From Burkholderiales bacterium (GTDB lineage Bacteria > Pseudomonadota > Gammaproteobacteria > Burkholderiales > SG8-39): a stretch of DNA of 64,000 bases. The stretch spans positions 240 through 64,239 of the forward strand of contig DATBSZ010000273.1 in the NCBI GenBank assembly GCA_036559525.1, written 5' to 3'. Positions 19,552-27,888 of the stretch are shown one piece after another (position 1 is the stretch's first letter; every line of letters begins with the position of its first letter). The translations under genes were made by a program, and so were the position numbers. The notes under the pieces are model-generated. The model made no database searches. It saw nothing but the letters and a program-made list of their open reading frames with translations, and was not told the origin of the DNA.

Positions 19552-21868
19552 AGGCCCCTTCGGCGCCGGATGGCCTGCTCAGGATCGCTGAGAACACCAG
19601 CGCCATCGCCGCGCCGAGGCCCACGGTGGAGCCGATGGCGTTCAGCACCGGCACGGAGGAGAACGCGAGCAGGCCGAACCCGATCACGGTGGTGACGGCG
19701 GCGAACACGAGGGACAGGATGGTGCGGCCGCGGTCCTGGACAGGCGCCGCGCGATCGAAGAACAGCGAATAATTCGACCCGACCGCCACCACGAGCAGCA
19801 GCCCGACGAGGTGGAAAATGGAAAGCTCGTGGCCGCCCAGCGCGAGCAGCCCGCAGGTCACGAGCGCCGCGGCGGCGAGCGGCGCCAGCACGTCGAACAC
19901 GCGCCGCGGCGAGCGCAGCGCAGCGAGCAGGAGCGCGACGATCGCGGCGGCGCCCAGCAGCGAATTGATCTGCGCCTCGCGCAGATAGCCGCGATAGAGC
20001 TCGTCCAATTCCTGCCGCAGGTCGAGAAGCACGCCGGCCGAAGTTCCCGCCACGGCGCCGGCGATGGCCTTGGCGTCACTCACCCCGCGCAGCGGCAGCA
20101 TCGCCGCCCAGCCAGTGGGCCGCTTCACGAGCAGCGCATCCAGCCTGAGCGCGAGGCTCGTACCCTGCAGGCTCGCACGGTCGAGCAGCGGCATGGTGCG
20201 CGCGGCGCCGACGTCGCGCACGAAGGGCTCGAACACGTTCGGGCGGAAGGCGAGCCCTTTCTGAGCCTCCTGCAGGTTTTGCCGCAGCGTCGGCGGCGGC
20301 GGTAGCGCCGCCTGGCGCTCGCGTTGCGCCGCTTCGCTCGGCAGGTAGGCGGCGGGCGAATCGAAGCCCTGCAGCCAGCCTTTGGCCACCGCATCGCGCA
20401 ATGCCAGCGCGGCCCGCTCGGCTGCCTGCAGCGCGGCCTGCTCGTCCGCGGCGTGCACGACGACGAGATAGCGCGGGTCCGGGGCGCCGAGGTCCTGGCG
20501 CAGCTCGCGGTCGAGCGCTTGCTCGCGCGGCGAGATCGGGCTCAAGCTCGCAGCCGAGCCGCTCCACAGGGGCTGCGGGCGCAGCAGGAGGAATGCGGCT
20601 GCGGCCGCGATCAAGACAACCAGCGGATAGCGCAGCCGGGGCGCCGCGCGCGCGAGCGCCATGACCCTCGGCGCGAATCCCGCTACGGCGGCGACGGCGA
20701 ATCCGCGCGGCAGCCACGCAGGCAGGGCCCACCGCGTAACGGCGGCGGCGACGACGAGCCCGGCAATGGAGAACAGGCCGAGCTGCGCAAGACCGGTGAA
20801 GCCTGAAAAGAGCATTGCGCTGAACCCGCAGATCGACGTAGCCAGCCCGAGCCGCAACGTCGGCCAGATGCGCTCGAAAGTGCTCTGCGCCGTCGCGCCG
20901 GGCGCGTTCTGCGTGAAGAGATAGATCGCGTAGTCCACGGCCTCGCCGATCAGCGTCACGCCGAAAGCGAGCGTGATGCCGTGCACCGAGCCGAACGCGA
21001 GGCTGACGGCGGCGACGCCGGCGAGCGCGCCGCTCGCCACCGGCAGCAGCCCGAGGCCGAGGACGCGCACCGAGCGGTAAAGCGCGATCAGCATGGCGGC
21101 GATGAGCACCGTCGCGATGAGCGAGAACCGCCACGCGTCGGCGCGGATCTTGTCGCGGCTCGCGACCGAAAAGACGCCCGGCCCGGTCACCTGCAGCCGG
21201 GCGCCGGCGCCGGCGGCCGCGGCCGCGAACGAATCCTGGATCAGTCCCAGCGCGCGCTTTTGCGCATCGATGTCCGAGGCCGCGGCGCGTGTCTGCGCGA
21301 CGAGGAGCGCGCGGCGGCTATCCTCCGAGAACCATACGCCCCCGTGCAGCCGCGGGCGCGTCGCCGGCGCGAGCTCTTCGAGCAGGCGCAGCAGCTCGCC
21401 GCCGGGATCCGAAGCCGACAGTCGCTGCAACAGCACGCCCGCAGGCGACGCGAGTTGTGCGAGAAGCTCTTCCAGGCTCGCCCGCAGGCCCGCCGCCGAG
21501 AAGCGCTCGGCCTTGACCGCGGGGCTAAGAAGGTAGCGGTGGCGCCAGACGAGATCGCGGTCCTTCTCGAAGCCCGCCTCCTCGCCGTTGTTCACCGCGG
21601 CGAATTCGCGCGAGGCGCGCAGTGAAGCCGCGAGGCGCTTGCTGACCTCCGCGAGCCGATCGGGGGAGTCCCCCTGCACCCCGATCAGGGTCAGCCGCGA
21701 CACCACGCCGTCGCGCAGCTGCTCGACCAGCGCCTGCTGGACGGGGGAGGGCGATCGCGGCAGAAAGGCCGACAGGTCGGTGCTGAACTCGGTGCGCGCG
21801 ATGACCGCGGCGCACGCCGCGGCGCCTGCGATCCACGCCGCAAGCGCCCAGCGCGCGGCCGGGCTCAC
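19535..21868 (-). CDS. MMPL/RND-superfamily exporter (ApeM-like)
   Basis: GTG 21868 overlaps the upstream stop (GTGA). About 777 aa with two blocks of multiple hydrophobic helices separated by soluble loops, as in MMPL transporters. Confidence 0.8.
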   Translation of the reverse strand: MSPAARWALAAWIAGAAACAAVIARTEFSTDLSAFLPRSPSPVQQALVEQLRDGVVSRLTLIGVQGDSPDRLAEVSKRLAASLRASREFAAVNNGEEAGFEKDRDLVWRHRYLLSPAVKAERFSAAGLRASLEELLAQLASPAGVLLQRLSASDPGGELLRLLEELAPATRPRLHGGVWFSEDSRRALLVAQTRAAASDIDAQKRALGLIQDSFAAAAAGAGARLQVTGPGVFSVASRDKIRADAWRFSLIATVLIAAMLIALYRSVRVLGLGLLPVASGALAGVAAVSLAFGSVHGITLAFGVTLIGEAVDYAIYLFTQNAPGATAQSTFERIWPTLRLGLATSICGFSAMLFSGFTGLAQLGLFSIAGLVVAAAVTRWALPAWLPRGFAVAAVAGFAPRVMALARAAPRLRYPLVVLIAAAAAFLLLRPQPLWSGSAASLSPISPREQALDRELRQDLGAPDPRYLVVVHAADEQAALQAAERAALALRDAVAKGWLQGFDSPAAYLPSEAAQRERQAALPPPPTLRQNLQEAQKGLAFRPNVFEPFVRDVGAARTMPLLDRASLQGTSLALRLDALLVKRPTGWAAMLPLRGVSDAKAIAGAVAGTSAGVLLDLRQELDELYRGYLREAQINSLLGAAAIVALLLAALRSPRRVFDVLAPLAAAALVTCGLLALGGHELSIFHLVGLLLVVAVGSNYSLFFDRAAPVQDRGRTILSLVFAAVTTVIGFGLLAFSSVPVLNAIGSTVGLGAAMALVFSAILSRPSGAEGAYARAS

Positions 21869-22461
21869 CCGGCCTCCCGGGTAACCTCGGTCACCGAGCG
21901 GTCGCCGCCGGCTTCGTCGATCTCGATCCGGTTCACCCAGGTGCCGCTGCCGCCGACGCGGATCTCGCTCGCCGCCTGCCGCATGCGCGGCTCCTTCGGC
22001 CTGAGCCGCAGGCGCCACGCGCCCGCGTCACCCTCCAGGCGCACTTCGTAGAATCGCTGCAAGGTCGCGAGGTCCCCGTTGAGCGTGGAACGCATGCTTT
22101 CCACGAAGGCCCACAGTACCGGGTGCTCCTGCAGCGGGAAAGTGCGGCGCTGTCCCTTGTCCTTGCGCTCGACGATCAGTCGGTCGCCCTCCAGGATCAG
22201 GCTCTCCTGCCGTGGCGACGTCATGTGCTTCTCGAGCCTGCCCGGCGCGACGTAAACCAGGGTGCCCGAGGATTCGAGCGGCGCGTTGAGCATCGCGAAG
22301 TGCTTGCGCTCGACGAACCTGCCGCGCGCGCTCTTGACCTGCGCGAGGTCTTTCATCAGCCGCTCGAGCACGAGCGTCGGCTTGTCCTGCGCTTGGGCGA
22401 GCGCGGGCGCAAGGCACCCCAGGGCCAGGACCACAGCCGCGAGCCTATGCCCAGTAGTCAT
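21865..22461 (-). CDS. LolA-like outer-membrane lipoprotein carrier family protein (ApeL-like)
   Basis: Signal peptide MTTGHRLAAVVLALGCLAPALAQA, then ARGRFVERKHFAMLNAPLESSGTLVYVAPGRLEKH, typical of LolA-like proteins in these clusters. Confidence 0.75.
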   Translation of the reverse strand: MTTGHRLAAVVLALGCLAPALAQAQDKPTLVLERLMKDLAQVKSARGRFVERKHFAMLNAPLESSGTLVYVAPGRLEKHMTSPRQESLILEGDRLIVERKDKGQRRTFPLQEHPVLWAFVESMRSTLNGDLATLQRFYEVRLEGDAGAWRLRLRPKEPRMRQAASEIRVGGSGTWVNRIEIDEAGGDRSVTEVTREAG

Positions 22462-23359
22462 AGAAGTTGAACCAGTTGTACGGGGCCTCGCGGCAGTGGT
22501 GCTCCAGGCGCTTCGCGTAGCGCTCGACCCAGGGCCGCACCGACTCTTCGCGGTTGCGCCGCTCGAGCGGAATTGCATCGGCGAAGGTCTCCAAGTGGAT
22601 CTCGTAACGCCGGCCGCCACGGTAGATGCCAAAGAACAGGACCACCGGCGCCTGCACCAGCCCCGCGAGCAGCAGCGGGCCGAGCGGAAAGCGGGCTTCG
22701 CCGCCCAGGAACTCGCAGCGGTAGGTGCGCTCGCTCCTCCATGCCCGGTCGCCGAGTATGCCGACGATCTCTCCGCGCGCGAGGCATTCGTGCACGCGCA
22801 GCAGCGCGTCCGGGCTGCCGAGCGGGATTACGCGCGCCTCGGCGCCCGGCGCAAGCGGGCGCAGCACGCTGTTCAGCTTCCCGGCGTTGTCCACGTACAT
22901 CAGGATGTTGATCGGCGGCACGCCTTCGCCGGGTCCGCACGCCCGCAGCACCTCGAAGCTGCCGAGGTGCGATCCGAGAAGGATGCAGCCGCGGCCGTCG
23001 CGCAGCAGCGCCTGCGTTTGCAAGCCAGCGTGGATTTGCACGTCGTAGGAAGAGATCCTGCCCGCCAGGAAATAGACGCGATCCTGGATGGTCGAGGCGA
23101 AGGTGTAGTAGTGGCGAAACACGTCGCCGAGCGTCGCGCGCCGGCCGAGAACGCGCCGCAGGTAGCCTGCCGAAGCGCTGCGCGCGTGCGACGAGAACAG
23201 AACGAAGTAGGCGCAGATCGGAACCAGCAGGATCCGGCCGAGCGGTCGGCCGAGCGCCAGCATCAGCCAGACCGCCAGGCGCATCGCGAGCACGCTGCCG
23301 CGCTCGGGGTGCTCGACCCAGTCCGGAGGCGCAGCTACTCGGCCGGGCTGGCGGAGCAT
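22445..23359 (-). CDS. LpxL/HtrB-type lipid acyltransferase (ApeD-like)
   Basis: HX4E motif in LLGSHLGSFEV. The C-terminus PYNWFNFYDYW is typical of this family. The start is uncertain (ATG 23359 or 23401). Confidence 0.7.
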   Translation of the reverse strand: MLRQPGRVAAPPDWVEHPERGSVLAMRLAVWLMLALGRPLGRILLVPICAYFVLFSSHARSASAGYLRRVLGRRATLGDVFRHYYTFASTIQDRVYFLAGRISSYDVQIHAGLQTQALLRDGRGCILLGSHLGSFEVLRACGPGEGVPPINILMYVDNAGKLNSVLRPLAPGAEARVIPLGSPDALLRVHECLARGEIVGILGDRAWRSERTYRCEFLGGEARFPLGPLLLAGLVQAPVVLFFGIYRGGRRYEIHLETFADAIPLERRNREESVRPWVERYAKRLEHHCREAPYNWFNFYDYWA

Positions 23360-23640
23360 TCGACTTCGCCCACGAGCACGGTGTTGCCCTTTACCGCGCA
23401 CTCGAACTTGATGGAGCCCAAGCCGTCGCTGAACTCGATGAGAACCTCGTCGCCGGGCCGCGCGGGAGAGGGAAACTTGGCGCGCCGGATGCGATACGGC
23501 GCGAGGCTTACGCCGAGGTCGGCTTCGATCAGCCGCACCGCCTCGCTTAGCAGGACCGCGCCCGGGATGACCGGGTTGCCGGGAAAGTGGCCTTGCGCGG
23601 CGGGATGCTCAGCGCTCAGCCGCTGCCGAATTGTCGCCAC
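23335..23640 (-). CDS. FabZ/FabA-like hotdog dehydratase (ApeI-like)
   Basis: 101 aa with the HFPGNPVIPGAVLL active-site motif. Confidence 0.75.
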   Translation of the reverse strand: MATIRQRLSAEHPAAQGHFPGNPVIPGAVLLSEAVRLIEADLGVSLAPYRIRRAKFPSPARPGDEVLIEFSDGLGSIKFECAVKGNTVLVGEVECSASPAE

Positions 23641-23641
23641 G

Positions 23642-24934
23642 TCAGCCGACTTTCGCCACGAGGCTGTCGAGCTCGGCGCGCGGCAGCTTTCCCGTCTCCG
23701 TGCGCGGCAGCGACTCCACGATGCACAGCGGCCGCGGAAGGAACGCGGGATCGATACGCTGCCGCAGCGCCGCCAGGATGGTCTCGGCGGTGAGCCCCGG
23801 GGCGACCGCGAAAGCGGCCAGCCGGGTGACGCCGCCCGGGTCGTCGGCTGGCACGACGAACGCGCCGTCGCGCACGCCGGGAATCGAGGTCAGGTGATGG
23901 TTGAGGCTGGCGAGCGAGGTGCGCTTGCCGGCGACGTTGACGAGATCCGCGGTCCTGCCATGCAGCAAAAAGCGGCCGCGGGTCTGCAGCTCGATGACGT
24001 CGCTCAGCAGGAACTCCATGGGCGCCTGCCCGCCCTTCACCCAGGTGCCTTTCTCGTCCTGGCGCATCGTGAGGTGGGGGAAGAGCTGCCATTCGGCCGA
24101 TTCGCTCGGGCGCCGGGTCGCCACCAGTCCCGCCTCCGTGCAGCCGTAAATCTCGTGCAGCGGAGCGCCCAGGCGCGCCTCGGCTTCGACAGCGAGCGGC
24201 GTCGGCAGCGGCGCGGTGGAGGACAGGAGGAAATCCAGTGACGGCAGGGCGGTTGCGTCCGCCAGCAGCGCACGCAGGTGTACCGGCGTGGTCACCAGGC
24301 CGCGCGGCCTTGGCAGCGCCTCGAGCTCGGCGCAGATATCCGCCGGAAAAAACGGGCGCCCGCCATGCAGCACGAGCGCGCCCTGGAGCGGCAGGAGCAC
24401 CGTGGATTCCAGGCCGTACAGGTGCTGCGGCGGCACGGTGCCGAGGATCGCCATGCCCGGGAAGTCGCGGATGCGCAGGCGCTCGATTTCGGCGATCGCC
24501 GTCGCCACCAGAGCGCCCCAGGACTTGGGATGCGGCACGGGATCGCCGGTCGAGCCGGAGGTAAATACGATGGCGGCGATGCGCTCCTCCGGTATCGCCG
24601 GGACCGCGGGCGACGGGACGCCGCGTCCACCGTCGGCCGCTGCGAAGTCGTCGTCGAGGCAATAGAGATCCGGGTAGTCGCGAACCAGCCTCTCGATCAC
24701 GTCGGGCGTGTGGGTGGGCGGCATGAGGCTGATCTGGCCGCGCACCAGCGCCGCCGCAAAGCCGGCGGTGAAGCGAAAACGGTCCGTGCAGAGGTTGATG
24801 ACGTATCGGCGATCCGGAAGCGCCTCGGCGAGGCGCGCGACCTCGGCGAGAAATTCGCCGGCGCGCACGAGCTCGCCTTGCCGCTGCGCGAAAAGCGCAT
24901 CCGGATCGTGGCGAACGAGGGGCTGAGCGGCCAT
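23642..24934 (-). CDS. AMP-dependent synthetase/ligase (aryl/acyl-ACP or -CoA ligase, ApeH/XanA2-like)
   Basis: ATG 24934. Adenylation motifs FTSGSTGDPVPHPK, EIYGCTEAG and PRTETGKLPR. Confidence 0.85.
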   Translation of the reverse strand: MAAQPLVRHDPDALFAQRQGELVRAGEFLAEVARLAEALPDRRYVINLCTDRFRFTAGFAAALVRGQISLMPPTHTPDVIERLVRDYPDLYCLDDDFAAADGGRGVPSPAVPAIPEERIAAIVFTSGSTGDPVPHPKSWGALVATAIAEIERLRIRDFPGMAILGTVPPQHLYGLESTVLLPLQGALVLHGGRPFFPADICAELEALPRPRGLVTTPVHLRALLADATALPSLDFLLSSTAPLPTPLAVEAEARLGAPLHEIYGCTEAGLVATRRPSESAEWQLFPHLTMRQDEKGTWVKGGQAPMEFLLSDVIELQTRGRFLLHGRTADLVNVAGKRTSLASLNHHLTSIPGVRDGAFVVPADDPGGVTRLAAFAVAPGLTAETILAALRQRIDPAFLPRPLCIVESLPRTETGKLPRAELDSLVAKVG

Positions 24935-24944
24935 CGGCGACGCC

Positions 24945-25610
24945 TCAGCGCGACAGCAAGCTCGACGCGCGGTCCTTCGCGTAAGCCTGTATCGCGGTGG
25001 CAATCGACGACTGCGGCAGGTGGCGGTAGCGGATCACGCGGTACAGGTAGTCGAGCGCGAACATCAGCCCGACGAGCGGGAAGCTGAGCACGTTGATGAA
25101 CAACGACCAGCTCTCGAGCGATCCATAGGCGAGGAGAAGCGCGGAGCCCGCGAGCTGCGCCGCGAAGAACACGCACCACGCGGCCGTGAGCCTGCGCGTG
25201 TAGCGTTCCATGGCCGGCGGCAACGTAGCGCCGTGCGCTTGGCGCGCGAGGCGCGCCAAGCGGGTAATGATGGCTTCCCGCCCGGGGAGCAGCGTGCGGC
25301 CAAACAGCCACAGCATGAAGGAATACGCCGCGGCGTGAGGCACGCCGTAGAGCACCGTGGTTCCCAGCCCCGTGCCGTGCGCGAGCAGCCACGTGGCGCC
25401 GGCGGCGCCGGCGACGATGAGGAGCCACAGCATCCGCTTCTGCGAGCGCGCGATGAGCCAGCAACCCAGCGCCGCCATCGGCGCCATCACCAGGAGGGTT
25501 CGCGCCGGATCGCCGGCGCTGCCGGCGAGCCCGACATGGATCAGGATCGGGTAGCCGACGATGGCGGCGGCGGCCAGCACCTTCCAGGCGATGGCGGCCG
25601 GGCGCGCCAT
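24945..25610 (-). CDS. Polytopic membrane protein of unknown function (ApeG-like position)
   Basis: 221 aa with about 6 hydrophobic segments. Encoded between the ACP and ligase genes with junctions of 1-10 nt. Confidence 0.6.
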   Translation of the reverse strand: MARPAAIAWKVLAAAAIVGYPILIHVGLAGSAGDPARTLLVMAPMAALGCWLIARSQKRMLWLLIVAGAAGATWLLAHGTGLGTTVLYGVPHAAAYSFMLWLFGRTLLPGREAIITRLARLARQAHGATLPPAMERYTRRLTAAWCVFFAAQLAGSALLLAYGSLESWSLFINVLSFPLVGLMFALDYLYRVIRYRHLPQSSIATAIQAYAKDRASSLLSR

Positions 25611-25611
25611 T

Positions 25612-25911
25612 TCAGGGCGCCCGGTGCGCCTGGATGTGCTGGCTGAGACTGCGCAGGGAACTGAAGATGCTTGCGTTGTTCTTGTTGTCGGACCGCAGCT
25701 TGACGCCGTAGGCCTTGGAGATCGCGAGCGCGATCTCCAGCACGTCGATCGAGTCGAGGCCCAGCCCGTCGCCGTACAAGGGCGCGGTCGGGCTGACTTC
25801 CGCCGGCTCCATTTCCAGCTTGAGGGTGGCGACGATGACGCGGGCCAATTCCAGCTCTTCCGCGGTCAGCGCGTCCGTCTGCGGAGCAATCTCTGTGGTG
25901 ACGATGCTCAT
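25612..25911 (-). CDS. Acyl carrier protein
   Basis: Phosphopantetheine attachment motif GLGLDSIDVLE. ATG 25911 is preferred because of the GGAG Shine-Dalgarno. Confidence 0.85.
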   Translation of the reverse strand: MSIVTTEIAPQTDALTAEELELARVIVATLKLEMEPAEVSPTAPLYGDGLGLDSIDVLEIALAISKAYGVKLRSDNKNNASIFSSLRSLSQHIQAHRAP

Positions 25912-25952
25912 GTTTCGCTCCAATGGCCGTTGGGCTCTTTGATCGGATTATA

Positions 25953-25976
25953 CGGGCGATTCAGCGGGCGATTCAG
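25953..25976. repeat. Perfect tandem duplication CGGGCGATTCAG x2 in the divergent ACP/halogenase promoter region
   Basis: Read directly: 25953-25964 and 25965-25976 are identical. Confidence 0.9.
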
Positions 25977-26011
25977 AGTGCGCCTACAATACCAAAGCCA
26001 AAGCAGATCAT

Positions 26012-27295
26012 ATGGTTAATCACCGCTGCGACGTGCTGGTGATCGGCGCGGGTCCTGCCGGGTCGACCGTGGCTGCGCTGCTCGCCGAACGCGGGCGCGA
26101 GGTCGTGATCCTGGAAAAAGAGCGCCACCCGCGCTTTCACATCGGCGAGTCGCTGCTGCCGCTCAACCTGCCGCTGTTCGAGCGGCTGGGGGTCGCCGCG
26201 GAGATCCAGCGCATCGGCATGCCGAAGCTCGGCGCGGAGTTCGTCTCTCCCTGGCACAAGCAGCCGGTGACCTTCGACTTTGCCCACGCGCTGGACAAAT
26301 CCTTTCCTTCCGCTTACCAGGTGCGCCGCTCCGAATTCGATGAGATCCTCTTCAAGAACGCGGTGCGCAAGGGGGCACGCGCGCTCGAGGCCTGCCGCGT
26401 GACGACCGTGGAATTCACGCCGCAGGGCGCCGCGGTGGCTGCGCGGCTGGAAGACGGAGCCGAGCAGCGCTGGGACACCCGGTTCGTAGTGGACGCGTCC
26501 GGCCGCGACACTTTTCTCGCCAGCAAGATGGGGATCAAGCGGCGCAACCGGAAGCACAACAGCGCGGCCATCTACGGTCACTTCACCGGCGCGAAGCGGC
26601 TGCCGGGCAAGGCCGAAGGAAACCTGACCGTGTTCTGGTTCGAGCATGGCTGGCAGTGGTTCATTCCGCTTGCCGACGGCACGACCAGCGTCGGCGCGGT
26701 GTGCTGGCCGTACTACATGAAGACGCGCAAGACCGGCACCGACCAGTTCTTCCTCGACACGATTGCGCTGTGCCCCGCGCTCGCGGAACGGCTGCGCGAC
26801 GCGCAGCTCACGGCGCCGGTCACCGCCACCGGCAACTACTCCTACGTTGCCGAGCGCACCATGGGCCGAAACTACGTGATGCTGGGCGATGCCTATACCT
26901 TCATCGACCCGGTGTTCTCCACCGGCGTGCTGCTCGCGATGCAAAGCGCCTTCGCCGGCGCGGACACCATCGAAACCTGCCTCGACCATCCGGCGAAGGC
27001 CGGCGCCGCGCTTCGGCGCTTCGACGCGATGATGCGGCGCGGCCCCGGGGTCTTCTCCTGGCTCATCTACCGGGTCACGACGCCGGCATTGCGGGAGCTG
27101 TTCATGAAGCCGTCCAACCGGTTCCGCGTGCAGGAGTCGCTGATTTCCGTGCTGGCCGGCGATATCTACCGCGACACGCCGGTGCGCGCGAGGATGCTTC
27201 TGTTCCGTGCCATCTACTACCTGAAGAGCCTGTCCCTGCTGCGCCAGAGCGTGTCGGCCTGGCTCAGGCGCCGGCGCGCGATTCAGTCAGCGTAG
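26012..27295 (+). CDS. FAD-dependent halogenase-like oxidoreductase
   Basis: GxGxxG motif (VLVIGAGPAGS) and a WxWxIP motif (GWQWFIPL, nt 26651-26668), which is diagnostic of flavin-dependent halogenases. Confidence 0.75.
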   Translation: MVNHRCDVLVIGAGPAGSTVAALLAERGREVVILEKERHPRFHIGESLLPLNLPLFERLGVAAEIQRIGMPKLGAEFVSPWHKQPVTFDFAHALDKSFPSAYQVRRSEFDEILFKNAVRKGARALEACRVTTVEFTPQGAAVAARLEDGAEQRWDTRFVVDASGRDTFLASKMGIKRRNRKHNSAAIYGHFTGAKRLPGKAEGNLTVFWFEHGWQWFIPLADGTTSVGAVCWPYYMKTRKTGTDQFFLDTIALCPALAERLRDAQLTAPVTATGNYSYVAERTMGRNYVMLGDAYTFIDPVFSTGVLLAMQSAFAGADTIETCLDHPAKAGAALRRFDAMMRRGPGVFSWLIYRVTTPALRELFMKPSNRFRVQESLISVLAGDIYRDTPVRARMLLFRAIYYLKSLSLLRQSVSAWLRRRRAIQSA

Positions 27296-27348
27296 CCACG
27301 ATCGCCTGAAGTAGACAGTGGCCACATAAGTGTGCGAGGATGTGGTCA

Positions 27349-27888
27349 ATGGCAACATATCATCACGGCGATCTGAGGACAGCGGTGCTGGCCGCGGCCG
27401 GCAAGCTGATCGAGAAAGAGGGGCTCGGCGGGCTCAGCGTCCGCGAAGCCGCGCGGCGGGCGGGGGTGTCGCATAACGCCCCTTACCGCCACTTCCCGGA
27501 CCGCGACGCGCTCCTCGCCGCGCTCGCGGCGCAAGGGTTCAGCCAGCTGGGGAAGGCGCTGGAAGGCCGTTCCGGACGCGAGCTCGGCGAAGCCTATGTG
27601 CGCTTCGCCCTGGGGCATCCGCAGCGGTTCCGGCTCATGTTCGGCGGGCAGCTCGCGCTCGACCGGTACCCGGAATTACGCACGCAGGCCGAGGCGACGC
27701 ACGGGCGCCTGACGGCGGCGTTCGCCGGACTGGGCGCCGAAGCGAAGTTCGCTGCCGCAGCCGCCTGGTCGCTGGTGCACGGCCTCGCGCAGTTGATTCT
27801 CGACGGGCACTTCGAGAACGATGAGGGTTTCGTGACGAAAGTGATCGGCGCGATCCGCTTCGCCGTGGGACCTCAGCGCTCGGCGTAG
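27349..27888 (+). CDS. TetR/AcrR family transcriptional regulator
   Basis: MATYHHGDLRTAVL...LSVREAARRAGVSHNAPYRHF (HTH). The start is 27340 or 27349. Confidence 0.85.
   Translation: MATYHHGDLRTAVLAAAGKLIEKEGLGGLSVREAARRAGVSHNAPYRHFPDRDALLAALAAQGFSQLGKALEGRSGRELGEAYVRFALGHPQRFRLMFGGQLALDRYPELRTQAEATHGRLTAAFAGLGAEAKFAAAAAWSLVHGLAQLILDGHFENDEGFVTKVIGAIRFAVGPQRSA

Noticed and set aside
27318-27325. GTGGCCAC palindrome between the halogenase stop and the TetR start, considered as a TetR operator
   Set aside because: It is a single 8-bp palindrome that would be common by chance in GC-rich DNA, and it is shorter than typical TetR operators. The tandem 12-mer at 25953-25976 is a better candidate regulatory site.
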